The notes beneath the pieces are model-generated. The model worked only from the letters and a program-made list of their open reading frames with translations. It did no database searches and had not been told where the DNA came from. Positions 8,822-17,305 of a stretch of 64,000 nt of DNA are shown piece by piece. Every line of letters begins with the position of its first letter. The first letter of the stretch is position 1. The position numbers and the translations under genes were made by a program. This stretch comes from Betaproteobacteria bacterium (lineage in GTDB: Bacteria; Pseudomonadota; Gammaproteobacteria; Burkholderiales; Burkholderiaceae_E), in assembly GCA_043760705.1 (NCBI GenBank), contig JAYUOT010000001.1:53231-117230 (forward strand), written 5' to 3'.

Positions 8822-10234
8822 CTAAACTTGGCGCTCCAAGCGCATTTTCAATCCGATGGGGGACATGACAAAGGCCATGAGTTCTCTGGCCTCTCCTCCA
8901 TCGGGCGTGTCCACCGCCTTGATTTGAAAGCTGCCCAGTAGCATGGCCATGGCGATTTTGATCTCTAAAATGGCCAGGTAGCGCCCGGGGCAAGTCCTTG
9001 GACCGGAGCCAAAAGGCATCGACACCCGGGCGTTTTCATTGGGCCATCGCTCGGGATTGAATTGCATCGGGTTGTGGAAGTATTTTTCGTCGACAGTGTC
9101 ATGGCGAAACGTATTCCAGACGATGGTGCCCGCGGGTACCCGGACCCCGGCGATGTCGGTGTCCTGGGTGGCCTCGAGGGGCATAAAGGGAGCGACCGGT
9201 TTAAGACGCATCGCTTCGCTAATGCAGGCATCCATGTAGTGAAGTGAGTCCATCTGCTCGATCGTGAAGCTCGCGCAGTCGGGCGCCAGGCGTCTGACCT
9301 CGTCGCTTGCTTTGGCGAGAGTGTCGGGGTTTTGATGGAGCAAGTAAATCATCCACGAGATGGTGTTGGCCGTGGTGTCTTCTCCTGCCAGGAGCATGGT
9401 CGACACATTGCCTGCCACGGCTTCGTCGTTGACGCCGCTCTGGGTAGAATCAGCCGCGACAATCATCGCTTCAAGCAAGTTGCCCGGTTTGGTGCGTCTT
9501 TCGGGCTCCGCTTGCAGGCGTGCGCGCGCCTTCAGAATTAAATCATCGACGGCCTCGCGCATGGATTTGACACTGTGGTCCAAACGCCGGTCTCGCGGGA
9601 GTTTGAAGTATCTCCAATACGGGAAAAGGGACAGACTGCGTCTCGCCACCGCTGGCAAGATATCGTCTAAATACTGTTGAATGACGTCGTCTCCCGACTC
9701 AAGCGTGTTGACCTCGGTACCGAAGGCGAGGCCTGCAATGATGTCGACGGTATAGCGCTTGAGATCCTTGTCGAGGTTAATGCTCTGAGCTTGCTCGGCG
9801 GCCGCAAGCCAACGCTTTTGCAGGCGATTGGCCACTTTGACCAGCGCGGGAAAGTAGGCCCGTATCGGACCCGGTGCAAAGCCGGCCATGACCATGCGCC
9901 GCTGGTTGCGCCACTCAACACCTTCGGCCAGAAATAGTCCCGGCGTGGCCCCCATTTCACGCGCAATAGCGGCCGACATGGACGGGCGCCGGAAACGCTC
10001 TGGGCGATCTTTCAATACCGATGAAATGAGTTGATGGTCGGTCAAAACGAGAATCGGGCGGCGTCCAAAAAAAACTCTAAAGACGCTACCGTAACGCTTC
10101 GCCAGGTTTTCAATGTCTTGATGAATGCGCAGGGGCTTGAGGCTGAGGACATTGCCGACCAGCGGCCAGGCTCTGGGGCCAGGAAGCTGTCGAATGTCGC
10201 GCAGGGGCGCTACTTGGATGGGTTCGGTGGTCAT
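8822..10234 (-). CDS. Cytochrome P450
   Basis: Haem-thiolate loop FGSGPRTCPGRYLA, ExxR (EAMR) and I-helix AGEDTT. Confidence 0.9.
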   Translation of the reverse strand: MTTEPIQVAPLRDIRQLPGPRAWPLVGNVLSLKPLRIHQDIENLAKRYGSVFRVFFGRRPILVLTDHQLISSVLKDRPERFRRPSMSAAIAREMGATPGLFLAEGVEWRNQRRMVMAGFAPGPIRAYFPALVKVANRLQKRWLAAAEQAQSINLDKDLKRYTVDIIAGLAFGTEVNTLESGDDVIQQYLDDILPAVARRSLSLFPYWRYFKLPRDRRLDHSVKSMREAVDDLILKARARLQAEPERRTKPGNLLEAMIVAADSTQSGVNDEAVAGNVSTMLLAGEDTTANTISWMIYLLHQNPDTLAKASDEVRRLAPDCASFTIEQMDSLHYMDACISEAMRLKPVAPFMPLEATQDTDIAGVRVPAGTIVWNTFRHDTVDEKYFHNPMQFNPERWPNENARVSMPFGSGPRTCPGRYLAILEIKIAMAMLLGSFQIKAVDTPDGGEARELMAFVMSPIGLKMRLERQV

Positions 10235-10358
10235 GGCTCATTTTAGCGTTTCTCGGGTCTGAATGGTGCAGGAAACCTTCAAGGTGTTTAAAACTTGAGA
10301 GGTCCGCGCATTGAAATGGTTTCGGACAAGCGCGACCTGCAAGGGGTATTCTCGGGAT

Positions 10359-11156
10359 ATGAACACTCAAACGATTTCGAATCAAGAGGCTGCTGCCGTG
10401 CAGGTGAGCCGCGTGCATCACGTCGCTGTGGTGGAGCTATGCCGACCGCCGCACAACTTTTTTGATATGCAAATGATCAAGTCGGTCGCCGATGCATTTG
10501 AGGCGCTTGAGGCCGACCAGACTTGCCGCAGCATTGTCCTGTGCGGACAAGGCACCTCGTTTTGTGCGGGTGCCAATTTCGGCGATTCAAAACGGGAAGT
10601 GGCCGATAGTCCGCGGCGCGTGAACCCCTTGTATTTTGAAGCCATTCGCATGTTCTCCTGTTCGAAGCCGGTGGTCGCTGCCGTGCATGGCCCAGCCATC
10701 GGAGGCGGTTTGGGCTTGGCTTTGGTGGGCGATTTTCGGGTCACTTGTCAGGAGGCGAAGTTTTCGGCCAACTTCAACCGCTTGGGGTTTCATCCTGGCT
10801 TCGGTTTGTCGGTGACCTTGCCCCGTTTGGTGGGGGTTCAGAAGGCGGCGCTGCTGTTTTACACCGGGCGTCGAGTGTCCGGCGCCGAAGCGCTCGCTAT
10901 GGGCTTGGCTGATGTGTTGGTGGCACAAGATCAGGTGCGTTCTGAGGCCATCAAACTTGCCACTGAAATTGCTATTTCCGCACCGCTTGCCGTGGTCTCG
11001 ACCCGGGCCACTCTGAGGCGCGGGCTGGTGGATGCGATCCGGCTGGCTGTCGCTCACGAGAGCACCGAGCAAAACTGGCAGTTTAAAACCGAGGATTTCA
11101 AGGAAGGCATTGCCGCCATGAGCGCTCGTCGCGATCCCCAGTTTCAAGCGCGCTAG
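10359..11156 (+). CDS. Enoyl-CoA hydratase/isomerase (crotonase) family
   Basis: FCAGANF and HGPAIGGGLGLAL oxyanion-hole motifs. The ORF opens at 10311; the ATG at 10359 is preferred. Confidence 0.85.
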   Translation: MNTQTISNQEAAAVQVSRVHHVAVVELCRPPHNFFDMQMIKSVADAFEALEADQTCRSIVLCGQGTSFCAGANFGDSKREVADSPRRVNPLYFEAIRMFSCSKPVVAAVHGPAIGGGLGLALVGDFRVTCQEAKFSANFNRLGFHPGFGLSVTLPRLVGVQKAALLFYTGRRVSGAEALAMGLADVLVAQDQVRSEAIKLATEIAISAPLAVVSTRATLRRGLVDAIRLAVAHESTEQNWQFKTEDFKEGIAAMSARRDPQFQAR

Positions 11157-11247
11157 CACCGCTTCAGCGGCGCCAAAAAATGCGTTTTGGCCCGAATCGA
11201 AGTATGATGAAGCAAACAATCACAGGCTTCCCGGCCAGAAAGGTTTT

Positions 11248-11709
11248 ATGACATTGATTCAGCGCATTTCACTGGTATGCTTGCTCGCGGGCTGGGTTTC
11301 TTTAACGGGTTGCGGAGATGGCGGGAGTGGTGTGCCGGTCAGCGGACTCATCGTCAGCAATGCCACGCCCTCATCAGCCAATGGCACCTACGCTTTGACG
11401 GTGGTCACTTCCAACACGGCGGCAGGGATTACCCAGGTCAAGATTGCAGACCCCAGTAATGCGGGCCGCTCTCTACAGGTTTTTTACAATGCTTCGTCGG
11501 CATTGACCTCCGTGATTTACGCCTCGCCAGAATCGCCAGTGAGCCTGATGACTTGCGTTGTGGGTGGCATTTTGGGTGGGGCCACTTCTGCTTGTCCTGC
11601 GGCCGCGATATTCTTTGATCTCCCCGGCAAAAAGATCACCTTCACCAATGCGACTTTCACGCAATTGACGATTGGCGTCGGGACTTTGAACGGGACCGTG
11701 AGCTGGTAG
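11248..11709 (+). CDS. Hypothetical lipoprotein
   Basis: Lipobox LTGC after a hydrophobic signal, with a Ser/Thr/Ala-rich mature part. No family recognised. Confidence 0.5.
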   Translation: MTLIQRISLVCLLAGWVSLTGCGDGGSGVPVSGLIVSNATPSSANGTYALTVVTSNTAAGITQVKIADPSNAGRSLQVFYNASSALTSVIYASPESPVSLMTCVVGGILGGATSACPAAAIFFDLPGKKITFTNATFTQLTIGVGTLNGTVSW

Positions 11710-11879
11710 AAGTAAGCCCAAGTTTGCCAATATGGCCTTGGCGGATCCCGATTACGATATGAAGGGCCCAAGGGCGACTTCGCTGGCCCCGGCGCAAAAC
11801 GGTATGGACTGCCCTACGGTGCGGTCAAGCCGGTTTCAGATTGCGCGAGATTCTTCGCGCCGCTTGGCCTGATGCCCAA

Positions 11880-12575
11880 CTACGGTGGATAGCCCAAAGC
11901 AGGTTGCCCGAACCCTTCCGCGGCACGCCAGCCCGGAGGCTTTAGAAACAGGTTCGCAAGCATCCCACCTGGGTTGTAGGTCAGCGGTTTATCGGGATGC
12001 TGCCGATCATAGGCCAGCTTAAATTCCGCCCCCGTGCGATACCACGGTACCTTGCTGATGTAGCCTTGGAGTGAGGCGTGGCGCCAGCCCAGATTGCGAA
12101 TGCTCGGCCACACTTGGTCGCCATGGCGAATGTGTTCGTCGCGGAACAGTTTCCACATCTCATGACCCAGAATATCTCCGAAAATAAACAAGCGACCATT
12201 GACGATTTCAAACTCGCTCGGGTCGGAGCCTAGCTTGACGCCGTAAGCCGCACCATTGGCACAAAAGGCCCCGTATTGAGGCTCGTAGTGAGCCGGATTG
12301 GCTAAAAACAATGCGCGATTCTCTAGCGATGAAAAATAGTAGGTGCGCTCGGGATCTTGTAGCCTGTGCGAATGGTTCGCCAGACCTCGAGTGGGTTTGC
12401 CCGAAGTAAAGTAGGCGACCGGGTCGTAACCGAGGAGCATCACGGGTTCGCCCTTCGAGTTCAGGTTGGTTGCAAAAATGGTGCCGCAACCGCAGAGTGC
12501 GAGAAATACCGTGATCGCAGCCATAAGTCGTGCAAGGCGTGGAATCAGGATGCTAAAGATTGAGATGCAAGTCAT
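11880..12575 (-). CDS. YHS-domain-like (lipo)protein
   Basis: LALCGCG lipobox. GYDPVAYF...YYFSS...NPAHYEPQYGAFCANG resembles the YHS-type domain as I recall it. Confidence 0.5.
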   Translation of the reverse strand: MTCISIFSILIPRLARLMAAITVFLALCGCGTIFATNLNSKGEPVMLLGYDPVAYFTSGKPTRGLANHSHRLQDPERTYYFSSLENRALFLANPAHYEPQYGAFCANGAAYGVKLGSDPSEFEIVNGRLFIFGDILGHEMWKLFRDEHIRHGDQVWPSIRNLGWRHASLQGYISKVPWYRTGAEFKLAYDRQHPDKPLTYNPGGMLANLFLKPPGWRAAEGFGQPALGYPP

Positions 12576-13238
12576 AGGTCTCTCTCCAAATATTTACGAG
12601 TCTGCCGAGGCTCGTAAGGATAGCAAGACTTCATCTGGCTATTGGTCTGCTTGCAGTGGCCTCCCGGCGTGCGCTGGGGGTTTGGGCTTTCTGAGCCGTA
12701 TATGGACAGGGTTGCACAGAACGCGGTGATTGGCCGAGTGCTTAATGCTGGCGTTCCGACGCTGTCCGGCTCGGACGGGGTTCGCACGATCGTCGTCGCT
12801 GACGATGGTGTCATTCCCATTAGTTTTAAGCCTGTAGTGTTCAGTCCCAGTCGGGCAGCGAGCTTTAGTCATGGCGCGAGGCTGACCCTGATTCCCAGGG
12901 CGAATGGATTGCCCTTGTTGAAAGGGCTGAGCCGAGGTGGATCGCCAGTGCAGAGCCTTCCCCCGAAGGCCGCGGTGGAGTGGAACTGCGCAACCGAGTC
13001 GTCGACCTTGATGTTCGGCCCACGAGGCACGTTGCCTACTCAGTTCGCTCCACCCGATGGTCGTTAGTGCACAGACCGCTACTTGAGCAATGGCCCCGCA
13101 AGATATACTCAGCCACGCACAGCTTCCTGAACAGTGCTCCCTGAAGCTTATGCTCGACTATGCCTTTTCGGGCGTGTTCGGTATATTCGCGTTGACCATT
13201 GTCAGAACCCAGGCCAAAACTTAAATCGACGCTTCCGA

Positions 13239-14093
13239 ATGAATCAATCCTCCACTCATACCTTGCGTGATCGTGTAGCACTCGTCACCGGTGCCAATAC
13301 CGGGATAGGTTTAGTCACCGCACGGGAGCTTGCTCGCGAAGGTGTGCGGGTATTCATTGCGTGCCGTACGCTAGCCAATGCTCAGGCTGCCGTGCAAGAG
13401 ATCGAGCGGGCCACGGGGAGTCAGCGAGTTGAAGCTTTGCTGTTGGATCTGGGCGACTTCGGATCGATTCGCCGCTGCGCGGCGGAGTTTTTGGCACGTG
13501 ATCTTCCCTTGCATCTGTTGATTAATAATGCGGGCTTAGCAGGCCAGCGCGGAATAACAGCTTCTGGGTTCGAGTTGGCCTTTGGTGTGAATCATCTCGG
13601 CCATTTTTTACTGACTCATTGTTTGCTGGATCGAATGCGCAGAAGCGCGCCAGCGAGAATAGTGACGGTGGCGAGTCGAGCTCACACTCGCTCCAGTGGG
13701 CTGGATTGGGACACCTGCCAAAAGTCGACCCGAACTCGCCTAGCCATCAAAGAGTACGCCGATTCGAAACTCGCCAATGTTTTGTTTAGCGCGGAGCTCG
13801 CACGCCAGTTAATGGGCAGCGGTGTGAGCACCTATGCTTTGCACCCGGGTGTAGTGGCCTCAGATATTTGGCGATCGATCCCCTGGCCGTTGAGTGTCCT
13901 GATCAAAAGAAGAATGATCACCACTGATGAAGGTGCCAGGACCAGTTTGTACTGCGCCACGGCGCCCCAACTGAGCACTGAGAGTGGTTTGTACTACGAC
14001 CAATGTGCGGTTCGCGCTGCCAGCGCCTTGGGCCAAGACTTGACATTGGCTTGCGAGCTTTGGCGACGCAGCGAGCGTTGGGCGGGTCTTTAA
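13239..14093 (+). CDS. SDR family oxidoreductase (retinol-dehydrogenase-like)
   Basis: VALVTGANTGIG, NNAG and YxxxK (YADSK) motifs. The ORF opens at 13134; the ATG at 13239 is preferred. Confidence 0.85.
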   Translation: MNQSSTHTLRDRVALVTGANTGIGLVTARELAREGVRVFIACRTLANAQAAVQEIERATGSQRVEALLLDLGDFGSIRRCAAEFLARDLPLHLLINNAGLAGQRGITASGFELAFGVNHLGHFLLTHCLLDRMRRSAPARIVTVASRAHTRSSGLDWDTCQKSTRTRLAIKEYADSKLANVLFSAELARQLMGSGVSTYALHPGVVASDIWRSIPWPLSVLIKRRMITTDEGARTSLYCATAPQLSTESGLYYDQCAVRAASALGQDLTLACELWRRSERWAGL

Positions 14094-14192
14094 TCGCTCT
14101 TGCGAGCAGATCGCCAGTCTCGCTGGCGCGCCTTCTGCCGCCCACGCTCCTAGCCTGAGTTGAGTGCACAGCCGCTTTGTGGAAACGCCAGA

Positions 14193-15029
14193 TCAACGCT
14201 GGGCGCGATGCTCTTCCCAATCAGCCTCGGACCATAGCAATAGGTCCTCGGCCCCTGAGGTCCGAAGGTGGGCGCCGCCATCGACCGCGACCGTTTCGCC
14301 GTTGATGTACCCGGCCTCGGCACAAATTAAAAAGGCAGCGAGGTTGGCGAGCTCTAGCGGACCACCGACCCGGCCCAATGGATTTCGTGCCGATGCGGAA
14401 GAGTTTTTTAGTCGTTGCTCGGGCATCAATTGTCGATTGGCTCCGGAAGTGGGGAAGGGACCCGGTGCGATGGCCATTAACCTGATTCCCTTGGGTCCCC
14501 ACTCGACTGCGAGGCTGCGAGTCATGGCCTGGACACCCGACTTGGCGATGGCCGATGGTACGGTAAAAGCGCGACCGGTGCGAACCGACGTCGACAGAAT
14601 GCTCAGCACGACGCCGGGCTGCTTGGCCCCGATCCAGCGCTGCCCCGCTGCCATGGTGCAATACATTGCACCATGTAAGGTGCTTGCAAGAATCGCGTCG
14701 GCGGCGCGCGCCGAGAGTCGTTCGGTCTGAGCGATAAAGGTTGCGGCCGCATTGTTGATCAATGCATAAAGTGGGCCGTTTAGCCAAATCTGGTTAAACA
14801 TGGCGTCTACCGCATCCGGCTGGCGTAGGTCGCACACAATTGCCTCCACCTGTGCACCGGTGTTCGAGCGGATTTGATCCGCAGTATCGTTTAGGACGCC
14901 CTCACGGCGACCGCACAGCACCAAGGAAGCACCGAGCTCGGCGAAGCGTTGAGCCATTGCGGCACCTAATCCTGAGCCACCACCGGTGATCAATACGCGC
15001 TTATTGCTCAGGAGATCCGGGCGAAACAT
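14193..15029 (-). CDS. SDR family oxidoreductase (dienoyl-CoA-reductase-like subgroup)
   Basis: VLITGGGSGLG and NNAA motifs; about 278 aa. Confidence 0.8.
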   Translation of the reverse strand: MFRPDLLSNKRVLITGGGSGLGAAMAQRFAELGASLVLCGRREGVLNDTADQIRSNTGAQVEAIVCDLRQPDAVDAMFNQIWLNGPLYALINNAAATFIAQTERLSARAADAILASTLHGAMYCTMAAGQRWIGAKQPGVVLSILSTSVRTGRAFTVPSAIAKSGVQAMTRSLAVEWGPKGIRLMAIAPGPFPTSGANRQLMPEQRLKNSSASARNPLGRVGGPLELANLAAFLICAEAGYINGETVAVDGGAHLRTSGAEDLLLWSEADWEEHRAQR

Positions 15030-15044
15030 GGTGACAACCTCGAT

Positions 15045-16438
15045 TTACGATTCTTCAGAGACCACCTGCGAATGGCCTTTTTCTATACTCGACTGGACTG
15101 TAGTGGCATGGGACGACGGACTTGGCGAGCTGATGGCACTCGTGCGCTCACTCGATGCTTGAGCGCGCTGAGCGCTCGCAGTATGTGGGCTAGCGCCTAG
15201 CTTATCAAAGAGTTCGCTGTTCTGAACGCGTGCGTCCCAGTCTTTGTACCAACGTGCCAAGGAGGCCACGGGCATGGGTTTGCCGACCAAAAAGCCCTGC
15301 ACGACCCGACAGCCGATGCTCTTCACGGTGTTCCATTCTTCGAGGGTTTCAACGCCTTCGGCGACGGTGTTCAAGCCCAAAGTGCCAGCCATGTGGATGC
15401 ATGCACTGAGCGAGCGCCTTTGAGCAAGGTCTTGATCGACATTCTGCACAAAACTTCGATCAAATTTTAGTTCGGTGATCGCGATGTCGCTCAAATCTGA
15501 CATCGTGATATCGCCTGCTCCAAAATCGTCGAGAGACAATGGGAATCCTTTGAGAGCCAAGCGAGAACGGGTGGTGTTTGAAAGGGTTCGATCCAGGGTG
15601 CTGCGATCTTCTGAGACTTCGAGCATGAGATTTTTTGGGCTCACCCCAAACTGCTGCATCGGCTCAAGAAGTTTTTCAGGCAGGCGTGGATCGAACAAGT
15701 TTGAGTCCGCGAGATTGACCGCAACTTTGAATGCTTGGTCGCCTAGGTTGAGTTGCTCACGTAACAGGTTAAGTGCGCCGGTGGGCCCGGTCAGAACATG
15801 CATCAGCAGCGCGTCGCCAAAGCCCCCGGCTTCCATCTCCGGTAAAAATCGGGCTGGGCTGAGCAGTCCGTGGACTGGGTGCTCCCACCGAATTAAAGCT
15901 TCCCAGCCGACCACCGCACCAGTATCGACGTTCACCTTGGGTTGGTAGAAATTGACAAACTGGCGGGTCTCGAGTCCCGATTGAATTTGCTCGCGTGGTA
16001 TCTCGGCACGAACCGGGGCTGACGTCTCAGCGTCAGCAGCGCCGGACAGCAAGACACCAAGCGCCTCGATTTTGGTGGGTTTAGGCATGGCGCCGATCAA
16101 TGACATGCGCATGGCCTCTACGAGTCTTTGGGCCGAGCGAATCACCCTGGGATCTTCGCCGCTCACCCGCAAGATGCGACCCGCGTAGCTTTCCTCGCCG
16201 ATCTTTTGGATGAGCTCGATGCCGTCCAAGCCCGGCATTTGCAAGTCGCATAGGATCGTTTTGACGTCGCTTTTACGCTCACCTAAATAGTCCAGAGCCT
16301 TCAGCGGCTCGGTGATGCCTTCAGCGGCTCGGTGATGCCTTCAGTGTTTTTGTAGCCAAGTTTATGGAGCTGGGACGTGACTACTTTGACTGCGAAGGCA
16401 TCGTCATCAATAATGAGTATTAGATCATCAGGGTTCAT
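15045..16438 (-). pseudogene. Response regulator with receiver + EAL (c-di-GMP phosphodiesterase) domains, frameshifted by a 20-bp tandem duplication
   Basis: From the ATG at 16438 the frame reads MNPDDLILIIDDDAFAVKVV...GITEPLKASPSR* and stops inside the duplication. Deleting one 20-bp copy gives a continuous 1374-nt frame, ...EPLKALDYLGERKSDVKTILCDLQMPGLDGIEL..., that joins the 15045-16244 ORF. That ORF carries EAL-type motifs (YQPKV, DDFGAG). Confidence 0.8.
16297..16344. repeat. 20-bp tandem duplication, 2.4 copies (gccttcagcggctcggtgat)
   Basis: Perfect period-20 identity across 16297-16344. The flanking bases 16296/16316 and 16325/16345 break the period. Confidence 0.95.
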
Positions 16439-16980
16439 ATTGTGCTCAGTTTTCTTGTTTGGCGAGTACGTTCGCGGCATCGGCGCTGGAAGCGCATAAA
16501 GGAGTGTTGAATCTCCGCGCTGAGGAGGTCGATATCTTCGCCTGAAGCGACTTCCTGCATGGTCTCGACTTCTGCGAAAATGTCGCCAAGCCTGAGGGCC
16601 CCGACCGATCGCGAAGAGGATTTGAGGCGGTGCGCCAGGACTTTCGATGCGCGCAAGTCGCCTGCTTTATAGGCTTCAAACGTTTCCCCAGTGACGGCAT
16701 TGGCCGTAAGCGCGATGATTGGTATGTGTTCATTGCCGGTCTCTTCGCCGCGAATGCAGCGCGTGAGTTCGTAACCGTCCATTTCCGGCATATGCAGATC
16801 GGTGAGCACAAGGGAGTACTGTCGATGGGCCAGCCACAACTCCAGGGCCTCGACGCCATTGTTGGCGAAGTCTGCCTGCACCCCAATGTGGGCCAATTGC
16901 TTGGAGATCACTCGTTGACCGGTTCGATCCGTGGTGGATGGAGGCCGACGTTCAGGCCGACGGAGCGTGGAAGTCGTCAC
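16435..16980 (-). CDS. Receiver-Hpt fragment, probable remnant of a hybrid sensor kinase C-terminus
   Basis: Receiver core (LVLTDLHMPEMDG, PIIALTANA) that lacks the N-terminal acidic pair and the end of the domain. It is fused directly to an Hpt-like AHRLKSSSRSVGA. GTG start. The frame is open about 90 nt further upstream with no start codon. Its stop overlaps the REC-EAL ATG (ATGA). Confidence 0.5.
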   Translation of the reverse strand: MTTSTLRRPERRPPSTTDRTGQRVISKQLAHIGVQADFANNGVEALELWLAHRQYSLVLTDLHMPEMDGYELTRCIRGEETGNEHIPIIALTANAVTGETFEAYKAGDLRASKVLAHRLKSSSRSVGALRLGDIFAEVETMQEVASGEDIDLLSAEIQHSFMRFQRRCRERTRQTRKLSTI

Positions 16981-17154
16981 AAAAATGCCCGTCTTTGCAT
17001 GGCTTTGCAGTACCAGGCAGGTGATCCAAGCCTGATTGGGGTCAGCGTCCGCTTTGTAAAATATGTTAAATTATCCCATCGATTGATTTCTCGACGAACT
17101 TGGATTATGCGGACGATGGATCCTCGCTCGGCTATAATGATCGGGCGCTTTCAA

Positions 17155-17250
17155 TGGCGCATTCGCTAGGGGTGTTGCACCGTGTGGTGCATCTGAGAAA
17201 GTCCCTTTGAACCTGATTGAGTTAATGCTCGCGCAGGGAAGCCAGTCTGA
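17155..17250 (+). promoter_or_regulatory. TPP (THI-box) riboswitch
   Basis: GGGGTG (17169-17174), a P3 hairpin tgcacc/ggtgca, CTGAGA (17193-17198), CCCTTTGAACCTGAT (ACCTGAT at 17211-17217), TAATGC and GCGCAGGGAA (to 17240). Candidate P1 is attcgct (17161-17167) paired with agccagt (17240-17246). A perfect TATAAT sits at 17133-17138, upstream. Confidence 0.85.
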
Positions 17251-17305
17251 TGAACGCCCTCGTTCCCTCGCCAACTTCCCTAAGCTTTTGAACGGACATG
17301 GGACC

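Noticed and set aside
11843-11860. Hairpin gcgcga-gattct-tcgcgc between the convergent lipoprotein and YHS-like genes, as a possible terminator
   Set aside because: The stem is only 6 bp and neither strand has a following T-run. Support is insufficient.
12642-13067. 141-aa ORF in the 12.6-13.2 kb gap
   Set aside because: It overlaps two minus-strand ORFs of similar quality and has no recognisable domain or signal. It is reported only as part of an unexplained gap.
14164-14787. Two 188-aa ORFs (14164-14730 + and 14221-14787 -) overlapping the SDR at 14193-15029
   Set aside because: The SDR frame shows the TGxxxGxG and NNAA motifs. The alternatives are Arg/Ser/Pro-rich shadows.
17207-17305. 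ORF-track N-terminus (TTG at 17207, MNLIELMLAQGSQSDERPRS...) of the LuxE-like gene
   Set aside because: These codons are the P4/P5 arm and 3' part of the TPP riboswitch aptamer (ACCTGAT...TAATGC...CAGGGAA). The LuxE-like homology begins after the ATG at 17306.
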